The position numbers were made by a program, and so were the translations under genes. From sequence record NC_004928.1: DNA of 64,000 bases; one strand, 5' to 3'. The stretch is from Escherichia phage RB69. The notes beneath the pieces are model-generated. The model saw only the letters and a program-made list of their open reading frames with translations, was not told where the DNA came from and did not search any database. Numbering within the stretch: position 1 is the first letter of the stretch; each line of letters begins with the position of its first letter. Positions 27,708-36,806 of the stretch are shown one piece after another.

Positions 27708-28109
27708 TTATAGATTCGGTTTATATGATTTAAATGTTTCGAATTCGCCTTTATTCATAAGAGCTTTGAATTCGTCAGGACGCATAGCTTTGTCGTCGAT
27801 AATCCAATCATATACTGGTTTATGTGTTAGCAAATTATGGTACTTCAAGCCAATGTTTGCCAAGTTCTGAATCAGACTTGGGAGAATGTCAATTGCTATA
27901 CGTCCAGGACCTACTGACTTCATACCGCGAGCAGTGTAAAGCGTTATGGTATGCCCTGCATCATACAGAGCATTAATGGCAGACACCATTTCGACGTCTG
28001 GTTTGAAGTTCACGTAATCACGATTGTTATTCCACTCTGTTATACAATCATCGACATCAAAACAAAGATTAAGCATGTTTTCTACATGGTGCATTAGATT
28101 CGTTCCCAT
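27708..28109 (-). CDS. HAD-superfamily phosphatase (small, KdsC-like)
   Basis: 133 aa; HAD motif I FDVDDCIT; true start may be Met12 near 28076. Confidence 0.55.
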   Translation of the reverse strand: MGTNLMHHVENMLNLCFDVDDCITEWNNNRDYVNFKPDVEMVSAINALYDAGHTITLYTARGMKSVGPGRIAIDILPSLIQNLANIGLKYHNLLTHKPVYDWIIDDKAMRPDEFKALMNKGEFETFKSYKPNL

Positions 28110-29134
28110 TGATGAGTGATATCGCCACCGATTGGACGATAAGAAACACCAGTTTCTTTATCGGTTAGTACCCATTTACCAGGATTTTTTGTAATCAGAG
28201 TAGCCGTTACAGGTTCTGCTACGTCATAACTAATAGAGCCGTCTTGAAGTACACGGCCCATGTTACGTAATTGCTTAGTCAGAAGTTCCATACCTTTATA
28301 ATACGCGGCTACCGCTTTAAGTGGATTATTCTTGAAATAACCACCTAATGCAATCCAGATAATTGCTACAGCCAAATGATGATACTCGTTAAACGAACTC
28401 ATCTTTCCATATTTGTAAACTAATGGATTGATGTTAATAGTCACATTACAAGTTGTTTCGTCAATAGTAAACTGTCCCCAGGTCGGATTAGCGTTGAATT
28501 CATCATAACCTGAAACGGCATAAAGCACTTTAGCTTCATCGTACAATTTTGGTCCGTAAATCTTGGTTTCGCCAAAATATCCACGAGGGTCGATAAACTT
28601 GACTTCGCCGTTATCAGTAATCATAGTATTACTGAAGTTCGGGTCACCGTGAATAACAGAGTACTGTCCCTGAGAACGGTTATGATAACGAATAAGGTGT
28701 TCTAAAGCTTGTTTCAGCATTGGCTTCAGACGTCCAATCTTAGTGTAGTTCACATGTGTGATTTTACCAAATGAATCAATCAATGGTTGAATGCTTTCAC
28801 AACGATCAATAACTTTCGTATAGAATTCTTTAGTGAAATCACGACGAACAGTTTCAGGACTTACAAAATAAGTGTCTGTGCTGAATTTCAGTGCATCTAA
28901 AATTGCATCAACAATTTGTGGACGAGCAAGACTTGATTTGGATTTAATATATTCAAATGCCGGCTTACCTTTAATGCGTTCCATTTCAAAGTTATTTTCA
29001 TTAACAGAAACTAACTGAGGAACTGAATCTGATTTCACTTTAAGATACCATGAAATCTCATCTTTCTGAAGAGCTCGACCATGTTCGGTTAATGCGAATT
29101 TAGTTACAGTTTCTTCACCAATTTCGAACTGCAT
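28094..29134 (-). CDS. sugar kinase of the aminoglycoside-phosphotransferase / choline-kinase fold
   Basis: catalytic loop HGDPNFSN; ORF track begins at a GTG (29191); ATG at Met20 used here; start uncertain. Confidence 0.55.
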   Translation of the reverse strand: MQFEIGEETVTKFALTEHGRALQKDEISWYLKVKSDSVPQLVSVNENNFEMERIKGKPAFEYIKSKSSLARPQIVDAILDALKFSTDTYFVSPETVRRDFTKEFYTKVIDRCESIQPLIDSFGKITHVNYTKIGRLKPMLKQALEHLIRYHNRSQGQYSVIHGDPNFSNTMITDNGEVKFIDPRGYFGETKIYGPKLYDEAKVLYAVSGYDEFNANPTWGQFTIDETTCNVTININPLVYKYGKMSSFNEYHHLAVAIIWIALGGYFKNNPLKAVAAYYKGMELLTKQLRNMGRVLQDGSISYDVAEPVTATLITKNPGKWVLTDKETGVSYRPIGGDITHQWERI

Positions 29135-29780
29135 TAAAACTACGATTAAGTTCACGAACTTCATGAGCTTTTTCAAGTTTAGGCATATCACCTAAATCAA
29201 TTAGATTCATAAGCTCTGATTTATTGAATGCACTGCCGTAAAGGAATTCTACGAAATCACGTCCTTTGCAGTATTCGTGAATTTCCTCATCAGTAGAACC
29301 CATGTAGAATTCCCAGTCTTTGAACTGATAAATTCCTACAACGTTACCGCCTGTTGAACCTACGTTAGTGATATTTTCACCATCGAAATTATATCGACAT
29401 TCATCACCCTTAACATAGATTGCGTTAACATTCCAAGACCATGAACCAAAATCAGGAATAATATCACACCAGTTAACAATTACGTTATGGCCATCTAAAT
29501 CTTTGTATAATTTAGCAAGAGCATAAGCAGAACCATACGCTTCATCAACTGTACGAATAGTCACATTGAACCCTTCTTGCTCACAATAAGCTCGAACAGT
29601 TTCAGCAAATTTTGAATGAACTACTACAATAATTTCATCTGCGCCAAGGTCAGAATAAATTGTATACAAATTGCTCAGAATAGTGTCTTGTTTATAGTTA
29701 ACAAGCACCTTAGGAATATGATGCGTTATTGGATACAAACGAGTTGCTAATCCAGCACCAAGAATAACAGCTTTTTTCAT
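29115..29780 (-). CDS. sugar-1-phosphate nucleotidyltransferase
   Basis: N-terminal AVILGAGLATRL motif; start at Met6 after GAGGA. Confidence 0.65.
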   Translation of the reverse strand: MKKAVILGAGLATRLYPITHHIPKVLVNYKQDTILSNLYTIYSDLGADEIIVVVHSKFAETVRAYCEQEGFNVTIRTVDEAYGSAYALAKLYKDLDGHNVIVNWCDIIPDFGSWSWNVNAIYVKGDECRYNFDGENITNVGSTGGNVVGIYQFKDWEFYMGSTDEEIHEYCKGRDFVEFLYGSAFNKSELMNLIDLGDMPKLEKAHEVRELNRSFNAVRNW

Positions 29781-29822
29781 GTTGAAGATCCTCATTGGTA
29801 AGTAGGTGTATTGTACACTATT

Positions 29823-29966
29823 CTAGTTAAAGCATTCATACTTTGCTTGTAGTCCAATCATAATCCATCCAATTACAAGTGTTGGAATCATTACTGGAGC
29901 CGTTAAGCTCCAGTAGATAGTCATGACAAGCATCAATAGTAAAAGTCCTATTGTTATTGCTTTCAT
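29823..29966 (-). CDS. small hydrophobic membrane protein
   Basis: 47 aa translated by hand (MKAITIGLLLLMLVMTIYWSL...); ATG overlaps the upstream TGA as ATGA. Confidence 0.35.
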   Translation of the reverse strand: MKAITIGLLLLMLVMTIYWSLTAPVMIPTLVIGWIMIGLQAKYECFN

Positions 29967-30598
29967 TGTTCGCCTCGTAACATAGCACCTAGTGCACCGC
30001 CTGGATGGAACTTAAGGAAGTCATTAGAGGTAAATCCACGTTCAGACGAAAGGTTGATAGCAAACGTATCGATAAGCGCTAACAACAATGTAGTGGACAT
30101 AGTCGGAGCCAGAGAATTCTCATCAACCTCTACCGCGATGCCTGTACAGAAAGAGTAATCAAAAAGGGCTTCATTTTCTTGTGGAATGTCTGGGTTACAA
30201 TGCAACAGAATCTGTTTGACGTTCGGTCGAATCATTTTAAGATGCTTAGCCACGCCTATCATTTCTTCAGTTTTACCAGAACGACTAATATGAATCAACA
30301 CGTCATTAGGCGCAATAAATCCTGCATCACCGTGAGAATAATGCCCAGTGTTCAAGTACATACTCGGGATACCGAGTGAAGCAAATGTCTCAGAAGCTTT
30401 AGTTGCAATATTAGCATTCTTACCAACACCTGTAATAATTACTCGGCTTTCATAATTACTAAGTCCCGGGCGTCGAAGAGTTTCTAGAATAGCATTATAA
30501 CGAGCAGGGTTTTGACTAATTACTTTGGCCATAGCGGCCAAAGAAGAAGCTTGTTTTATGATTGCGTCAATAGCGATAGTAATAGGAGTAGTTTTCAT
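29963..30598 (-). CDS. SIS-domain sugar-phosphate isomerase (arabinose-5-phosphate isomerase-like)
   Basis: 211 aa; SIS motifs VIITGVGKNANIATKASETF and HISRSGKTEE. Confidence 0.7.
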   Translation of the reverse strand: MKTTPITIAIDAIIKQASSLAAMAKVISQNPARYNAILETLRRPGLSNYESRVIITGVGKNANIATKASETFASLGIPSMYLNTGHYSHGDAGFIAPNDVLIHISRSGKTEEMIGVAKHLKMIRPNVKQILLHCNPDIPQENEALFDYSFCTGIAVEVDENSLAPTMSTTLLLALIDTFAINLSSERGFTSNDFLKFHPGGALGAMLRGEQ

Positions 30599-30638
30599 AT
30601 TTCTCTCATTTAATTAGTTTACCGTCCATGACATTATA

Positions 30639-33350
30639 TCAAAAATCGAACATATCGAACAGAGATGCTTTCTTCTCGTAATCGAGTTTCGCTGCTGATG
30701 TGAATCCTTCAAGTGGTTTAATAAATGTCTTCTCAAGGAGAACAGTGTAGTCCATCCAATGAAGTACGTCGTCTTTAATTAAATCTGTGATTTCAGTACC
30801 AGAAGGCCATGCGATACATTTATCACCGAATGGGTTTCCTTCACGTAAAGGCAGAACATATACTTTTTCACCTTCTACAACTTGTGGTGCATCAATATTA
30901 CCTTTGATAGCTCGGTTATATGTCAGAATTCCACGAATATGGAACGGGCATTTGGGACCAGGGAATCCACCTACGTCATATTTAGCAATGTTATTCGCAG
31001 AAGATACCGACGCGATGCTAATATAATTCAATTGACGGAATTCTTTTTCAAACTCTTTAAAATATTCTTGTAATGATTCTTCACCTTCTTGAAGCATACG
31101 ACGAATACATTCTTTAAGAGCTTTCTGTACTGCTTTAGGAGTCGAAGATTTCTGAGTCTCTAGACCCATGATTTTGAGTTTAGGCTCAGCGTAACGAGTA
31201 CCTTCCATATCCCACACGTTTAATGCATAACGTTTCTTACCAGTCCAAAATCCGCCAATACCTTTAGAACCAAGCGGAGGCCCAGCGATAGCTTCTCGGT
31301 CCATGAACATTAAGTGTTGTTTATTGTTCATGTATTCACACATTTCACGGAAACCTCTATCAATAGCTGGTTCCATACGTTCACGTGCAAACTTATCTAA
31401 GAAGTCTACCCAATGGTTGGTATCACGGAATTTAGATTCACCAACCTTATCGATAATTTTATCAGCAGATACGTAAATAGAGTCTGTATCACCATAAAGA
31501 ACGAAAGCTTCACCTTCTGTACCACAAACTTCATTCAGATATTCATTAACTTTACGTTCAATCCACTGTAAAGCCATTTGCCCGAATGTTGTGATTGCAG
31601 TAGCATTACGCAAATCATAATAACGGAACCAAACGTTGCCAAGTGCACCATAAAGTGAGTTGATAAGCAATTTACGGTTAATTTGTGCAGTCATACCTGC
31701 AACTTCAGTACGTTGAGCTCTAAACAACATTTCATTAAGAGATTTAGCAGACAACTTTTTAATCTTTTCTTTAATCTCATCGCTGAAGTCGAAACGATAA
31801 TCAACATCTAATGGTTCGTCAACAGAAAGATTAGGATTATGCAATGCCTCTTTAATTATTTCACCATTACGTTGAGCTGCAAGCATGTAACCTTTATGTT
31901 CTTTACGTTGATTAAAGACCTTAGTGATTTCAGTTGGAACTACACCATCACGGTCTTTATAATACATCATGCCGTTAGGAGAACAACTGTACACATCAGA
32001 AGGACGTTCAGCAACAGCGTTAATATAATCATGCAATGGAGCTACTTTAAACGTTCCTGCTATTGTTTCTGGGCTAATATTCACTTGGCGAATAATACTT
32101 GGATATAGAGATGTAAGGTCGAAACTCATTACATATTTGTATCGATTTGGAATAGGTTCCTTAACAAAAGCGCCGGGATAAGGTTGAACCGGGTGAGAAC
32201 GACCTTGTGGAATCACCTTGTTCTGCTCTTTAAGGCTATTAAAAATAATAGCATCCCATGTTTTAATTGGGCTAAACACAGATTGAATCTGTATCTTAGC
32301 ATAATAACCCATGTCCAAACTCAAGTTGATGAACTGACGCTTAGCATCAATTTGCAATACACGATACACGTCGATAATGTTATAAGAAATATATCGTTGG
32401 TGATTGCTTTCACGAAGCTTAGAAATAGGGCCGTCATATTTCAGTTTACCAACGTTCAATTCAAATTCTGAAATGTAATCCAGAGAATACGACGGTTGAT
32501 TGGTAAAAGAGAATTTTTTGTAAAGGTCAATGTAATCAAGAACAGAGATACCGAACAATGTAATGATTTCACGAGAACCATACATGTTTTCGATAACTTT
32601 AACACGAGTTTTACGATGTGGTGATAAACGTTTCGCAGTTGATTCGCCAAAAATATTCTTGATTCGGTTATACACGTACGGAATATCAAATGACTCAACG
32701 TTCCATCCAGTCAAAATGACAGGAGTTTTCTGTTGCCAGAAGTTGAGATATTCCATCAACAATTCTTTTTCGTTATCGAACGGCATATAAATGATTTTAT
32801 CAATAATTTCAGATGGAACTTCATCACCACCTTGTTCTTGAAGCTTAGCAGCGATTTCAATAGACCATTCTTCTACATTACCATATGGAGAATTCAATAG
32901 ATCAAATACGTAGAACCTGTCGTCAATTGAGTCATAATGGGTGATAGCATCAATCGGATGTTTTGCTTGTGACGGCTCAGGGAACCCATCCGGAGATGTT
33001 ACTTCGATGTCGAAGTTAGCCACACGAATTTTTGTATGGTCGTATTTGATTTCATAGTTATAAGTGTCAGACAAATACGCCAATTTGAAATCGTCCATGC
33101 CAAGTGCTTCAAGTCCGATATCTTCCATGCGTTTAATCCATTGGGAGGCATCACGCATATTAGCGAACAACTTACGAGTACACGGTTTACCGTAGATATC
33201 GAAATATTTCGTAGCCTGACTTTCTGGACAATGAGCAAACAGTGATGGTTTATATTCTACTTCACGAGTACGTTCACGGCCATTAGAATCGATGTAACGT
33301 TCAAAAATTGAATCACCAATCTGTTCAACCGTTAAGTAAAATTCTTTCAT
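30639..33350 (-). CDS. 43: DNA polymerase gp43 (family B)
   Basis: 903 aa; exonuclease motif FDIEV, polymerase motifs DxxSLYPS and YGDTDS. Confidence 0.95.
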   Translation of the reverse strand: MKEFYLTVEQIGDSIFERYIDSNGRERTREVEYKPSLFAHCPESQATKYFDIYGKPCTRKLFANMRDASQWIKRMEDIGLEALGMDDFKLAYLSDTYNYEIKYDHTKIRVANFDIEVTSPDGFPEPSQAKHPIDAITHYDSIDDRFYVFDLLNSPYGNVEEWSIEIAAKLQEQGGDEVPSEIIDKIIYMPFDNEKELLMEYLNFWQQKTPVILTGWNVESFDIPYVYNRIKNIFGESTAKRLSPHRKTRVKVIENMYGSREIITLFGISVLDYIDLYKKFSFTNQPSYSLDYISEFELNVGKLKYDGPISKLRESNHQRYISYNIIDVYRVLQIDAKRQFINLSLDMGYYAKIQIQSVFSPIKTWDAIIFNSLKEQNKVIPQGRSHPVQPYPGAFVKEPIPNRYKYVMSFDLTSLYPSIIRQVNISPETIAGTFKVAPLHDYINAVAERPSDVYSCSPNGMMYYKDRDGVVPTEITKVFNQRKEHKGYMLAAQRNGEIIKEALHNPNLSVDEPLDVDYRFDFSDEIKEKIKKLSAKSLNEMLFRAQRTEVAGMTAQINRKLLINSLYGALGNVWFRYYDLRNATAITTFGQMALQWIERKVNEYLNEVCGTEGEAFVLYGDTDSIYVSADKIIDKVGESKFRDTNHWVDFLDKFARERMEPAIDRGFREMCEYMNNKQHLMFMDREAIAGPPLGSKGIGGFWTGKKRYALNVWDMEGTRYAEPKLKIMGLETQKSSTPKAVQKALKECIRRMLQEGEESLQEYFKEFEKEFRQLNYISIASVSSANNIAKYDVGGFPGPKCPFHIRGILTYNRAIKGNIDAPQVVEGEKVYVLPLREGNPFGDKCIAWPSGTEITDLIKDDVLHWMDYTVLLEKTFIKPLEGFTSAAKLDYEKKASLFDMFDF

Positions 33351-33410
33351 TTAATTTCCTTTAGACGAGTTATTGTCTTTTGTTTGTTGATGAACTTATT
33401 ATACTCCAAA

Positions 33411-33426
33411 TGGGACCGAAGTCCCA
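33411..33426 (-). promoter_or_regulatory. UUCG-tetraloop hairpin between regA and gene 43
   Basis: tgggac-cgaa-gtccca; only a short U run follows; a TATAAT sits just downstream on the minus strand. Confidence 0.4.
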
Positions 33427-33431
33427 TTGCT

Positions 33432-33800
33432 TTAATTACCAATTGTATATTTTGCTTTCAAAGTCCAGTCATCTTTCTGTTTAAAAGAGATAACACGGAA
33501 GTTATTAGTCAGGCCAAACAGATCTTCACGAGCAGAGTCTTCAATAACAATCAATCCCCAGTCTTCAAGCAACTGAGCAATCGAATCACGTCGCTGATAG
33601 TCTTCACCATCAATATCAACCTGACGTCCGTCCATACGCAGCATTTCTTTAAAGTGGACGATGTAATATTTACCTTGCTTTTGGAGGATATGACAGGACT
33701 GATAAAGAACTTTATCCTTGTTATTAGCGATGCCCATACGGGTCAGAGTCTCTTTGACTTTCAGAAAATCTTCAGGGTTCTTCAATTTAATTTCAATCAT
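33432..33800 (-). CDS. regA: translational repressor RegA
   Basis: matches T4 RegA from MIEI onward; ORF track starts three codons earlier at 33809. Confidence 0.85.
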   Translation of the reverse strand: MIEIKLKNPEDFLKVKETLTRMGIANNKDKVLYQSCHILQKQGKYYIVHFKEMLRMDGRQVDIDGEDYQRRDSIAQLLEDWGLIVIEDSAREDLFGLTNNFRVISFKQKDDWTLKAKYTIGN

Positions 33801-33802
33801 TT

Positions 33803-34366
33803 TTACCATTCCAATGCTAATTTTTTAAATTGTTTTTGTTCTTTCACATTTTTTGTAACTTCTTTGAGAAACTCATCAGTGACCATGGCCTTCAGTTCTT
33901 TAAGGACTATTGGCAACTTGTTATTTTTTTCAAGGAGCCGTTTATACTCGGTGGCATCATTCATGTTGATTGTGTAATGTTTCATCAACAATTTGATAAC
34001 TAGTAACTCTGAAGTGTCTTCGACTAGTTTAGCCCATTTAGAGAATCGACGACCACGCGGAATTGCCGCCATCATATAGTTGAAGTGCGCTTCATCACTT
34101 AATTCAGAACCGACTAAGTTCATCATGTAAACGGCTGGCATACATTCTGGGAACTGGGATAATGAGTTCTCAACCATAAATTTTGAGTAGTCGACCTGAG
34201 CAATTGACATAGATTTCTTTTCATTAATAGCATTAATGATTTTAAAGAATTCATTCTCAGGTTTTTCTTTAAACATATCAGCACATTTTTGAATCGCATC
34301 AGCGTCATTAGACTTCCATGCAATTTGATGCTCGTTAAGTTGGACGTCATCATCAAATAAGTTCAT
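33803..34366 (-). CDS. 62: clamp-loader subunit gp62
   Basis: 187-aa ORF upstream of regA and downstream of 44. Confidence 0.8.
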   Translation of the reverse strand: MNLFDDDVQLNEHQIAWKSNDADAIQKCADMFKEKPENEFFKIINAINEKKSMSIAQVDYSKFMVENSLSQFPECMPAVYMMNLVGSELSDEAHFNYMMAAIPRGRRFSKWAKLVEDTSELLVIKLLMKHYTINMNDATEYKRLLEKNNKLPIVLKELKAMVTDEFLKEVTKNVKEQKQFKKLALEW

Positions 34367-34367
34367 A

Positions 34368-35330
34368 TTATTTCCAAGTCAGTTCGCAGGTCAGTTGAAG
34401 AAGCATATACATAACATGTAATTCAATATTACTTGCTAGTCCATGAAACTTATTATTTTCGCCTGCAATTTCGTAAAGCGAAATAATACTTTTACCAGGT
34501 GCAACTTGGTCATAACATTCTGAAACTAATTTATCGATGAACCATGAATAATCTGCAGCATATTTTGGAGCTAATGCACGAAGTTGTTTGATATCTTTGT
34601 TCTTCATTGCTTCGATAACATCAGAGACTGTGCCACGGTCATTAGTTACGATAGACAGAATACCTGCATCAAGAACACCTTTAGACGAGTACTGGTCTAA
34701 TTGGCCAATTGTACGACGAAAGTCCGGGAAGTTCTTTTTAACCAGAGCTGCAACAACTTTCATATCAGCGATTTCGATATTTTCATTCTTACAGATTTCA
34801 ACCATACGATGAATCATTTTCTTCATCATCGAGATTTTATCTTCTTCGGTTGGACGTCCGAATTCGATAACTCGACAACGACTACGTAACGGTTCAATAA
34901 TTCCATCGATGTTGTTAGCAGTAATAATAATAGAACAGTTACTAGAGAATTCTTCCATAAACGTACGAAGGTGACGTTGTGATTCGGCGAGGCCACTACG
35001 GTCAAATTCATCAATAACAATAACTTTCGGCTTGCCTTCCATTGAGACTGAACGAGCAAATGCAGTTAACGGACCGCGTACAAAATCAATTTTACAATCA
35101 GAACCGTTGACGAACATCATTTCAGCGTTGATATCGTTACATAATGCTTTTGCCACGGTTGTTTTACCGGTACCAGGAGATGGAGAGTGTAAAATAATAT
35201 GAGGAAGTTTTCCTTTAGATACTAAAGACTTGAATGTTTCATGGTCATACGCAGGCAGAATACATTCGTCAATGGAAGAAGGACGATATTTCTGTTCTAG
35301 AATGTGTTCTTTGGAATTGATAGTAATCAT
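34368..35330 (-). CDS. 44: clamp-loader ATPase gp44 (AAA+)
   Basis: 320 aa; Walker [11 protein letters not shown]. Confidence 0.9.
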   Translation of the reverse strand: MITINSKEHILEQKYRPSSIDECILPAYDHETFKSLVSKGKLPHIILHSPSPGTGKTTVAKALCNDINAEMMFVNGSDCKIDFVRGPLTAFARSVSMEGKPKVIVIDEFDRSGLAESQRHLRTFMEEFSSNCSIIITANNIDGIIEPLRSRCRVIEFGRPTEEDKISMMKKMIHRMVEICKNENIEIADMKVVAALVKKNFPDFRRTIGQLDQYSSKGVLDAGILSIVTNDRGTVSDVIEAMKNKDIKQLRALAPKYAADYSWFIDKLVSECYDQVAPGKSIISLYEIAGENNKFHGLASNIELHVMYMLLQLTCELTWK

Positions 35331-35356
35331 GTAATTTTCCTCATTATCATTAAACT

Positions 35357-35372
35357 GGAGGATTTCTCCTCC
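35357..35372 (-). promoter_or_regulatory. hairpin with GAAA tetraloop in the 45-44 intergenic region
   Basis: ggagga-gaaa-tcctcc on the minus-strand RNA, about 25 nt upstream of the gene 44 ATG; no U-tract. Confidence 0.35.
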
Positions 35373-35405
35373 ATAATCGTACTACATTAAACGTAAAGCT
35401 TTGAC

Positions 35406-36092
35406 TTAGAAGTCGTGGGTAGAATCGGCTTCCATCGCAATAACATAACTTACTTGAGAGCTTTCAAACTTAGCTGCAACTTTATCACCAGCTCCCCACA
35501 ACATTACTTTATAGTTACCTGGCTGAATTTTCATATTAGCCATATTGATTACGAAGTTAAAGTTGTTAGAACCATCATAATCGGTAAGAGTCAAAGAATA
35601 CTTAGGACGAGTTAGTCCGGAATCTTCAACTTTATTATAGCCATTGATAACAATTTTACCATCTTTATTTGTAATAGCAATTGTATCAATCTGAAGACCA
35701 CGTGAAACTCGAAGCAATTGTTGAAGGTCTTCGGCTTTAATTTCAGTAATCACAGAAGCCACTGGGAATTGAATTGGCTTATTAGGAAAAACAATGGTGC
35801 TCTTGTCAGCGGCAGGCCAATAAACTGTGGAACGTGTATCTGCAATTTTAATATTACCATCAGTGTGCATTGAAATTTCAGCATCGTCAGACACTAGACT
35901 CAAAATGCTTAAGAAGCTATTCAAATCATAAAGTGCTACGTCAAAATCAATTTCATCAGAGATATTTGCTTCCGCATAAGTGGTGCCATTAACTGCACGA
36001 GTCATAATAAATTTACCTTGACTCAGCAGAATGCCTGAGTTAATAGAGGCAAAGTTTTTCAGAATAGCGATAGTATCTTTAGACAGTTTCAT
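35406..36092 (-). CDS. 45: sliding clamp gp45
   Basis: matches T4 gp45 from MKLSKDT; ORF track extends five codons upstream from a TTG. Confidence 0.9.
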   Translation of the reverse strand: MKLSKDTIAILKNFASINSGILLSQGKFIMTRAVNGTTYAEANISDEIDFDVALYDLNSFLSILSLVSDDAEISMHTDGNIKIADTRSTVYWPAADKSTIVFPNKPIQFPVASVITEIKAEDLQQLLRVSRGLQIDTIAITNKDGKIVINGYNKVEDSGLTRPKYSLTLTDYDGSNNFNFVINMANMKIQPGNYKVMLWGAGDKVAAKFESSQVSYVIAMEADSTHDF

Positions 36093-36134
36093 TTTATTTC
36101 CTTTCAAGACAATTCAAAGTTTATAACAAATTTA

Positions 36135-36551
36135 TTATGCAGCAACCATCTGCTTTTTAATAGCTTCAGGCAGTGATTCAATATATTCTGGAATTTTAGA
36201 AGCAACAATTTCGCCAGCTGCAATTAGTTGTTCGTCGGCATCAACACAATAGAAATCTTCTAGACGCTCAGAACCGTCTTTATCAAGAACGATTTTTCCG
36301 CCAGCTTCAATAGAATCTTTATAGTGCTTACGCATCAGATGAATCCACATATCAGATACATCGTTATCAATAAAACCATAAATCATAAAACGAGTTTCTT
36401 GTGGCAAAGATTGAAGTTTTTTAGCACTTGCGTCATCACAATGCAGGACCCATGCTTTACGAACACGATTATGGTTATGTGGGTTAGCGTCAGTACGGAT
36501 AGAAGTAACTTTCAGATCAGCAGCAGTGAAACCTTTAGCAGTAGTAAACAT
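36135..36551 (-). CDS. rpbA: RpbA-like RNA polymerase-binding protein
   Basis: 138-aa ORF at the T4 rpbA position. Confidence 0.5.
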   Translation of the reverse strand: MFTTAKGFTAADLKVTSIRTDANPHNHNRVRKAWVLHCDDASAKKLQSLPQETRFMIYGFIDNDVSDMWIHLMRKHYKDSIEAGGKIVLDKDGSERLEDFYCVDADEQLIAAGEIVASKIPEYIESLPEAIKKQMVAA

Positions 36552-36563
36552 ATTATTTCTCTC

Positions 36564-36764
36564 TTATTCGTAGAAGTCGGTAACTGTCCATGCGGAATTG
36601 CGATTAGACATTATTTTATTATACTCATCTTTAAAAGCAGATTTGAGCATTTGTTCAGTAACAATATGTTCTTCACCTGAAAACGTATTGGTCAGAACAT
36701 ATTTTTTAATTTCAGGGACAACAAGAAGATGTTGACCGGTTGAATACTCCATGTTGTTCTCCAT
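36564..36764 (-). CDS. hypothetical small protein (45.2 position)
   Basis: 66-aa ORF. Confidence 0.4.
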   Translation of the reverse strand: MENNMEYSTGQHLLVVPEIKKYVLTNTFSGEEHIVTEQMLKSAFKDEYNKIMSNRNSAWTVTDFYE

Positions 36765-36806
36765 TTAATTTGATGTGGTCATTATAACCACATCGTGTTA
36801 AAGCGT

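Noticed and set aside
28094-29191. N-terminal extensions in the ORF track (kinase from 29191, gp56 from 15987, gp45 from 36107, and others)
   Set aside because: The track counts GTG and TTG as Met; the extended N-termini read through promoter cassettes or the upstream gene end. Starts were moved to the first ATG with a ribosome-binding site or to the position matching the T4 homologue.
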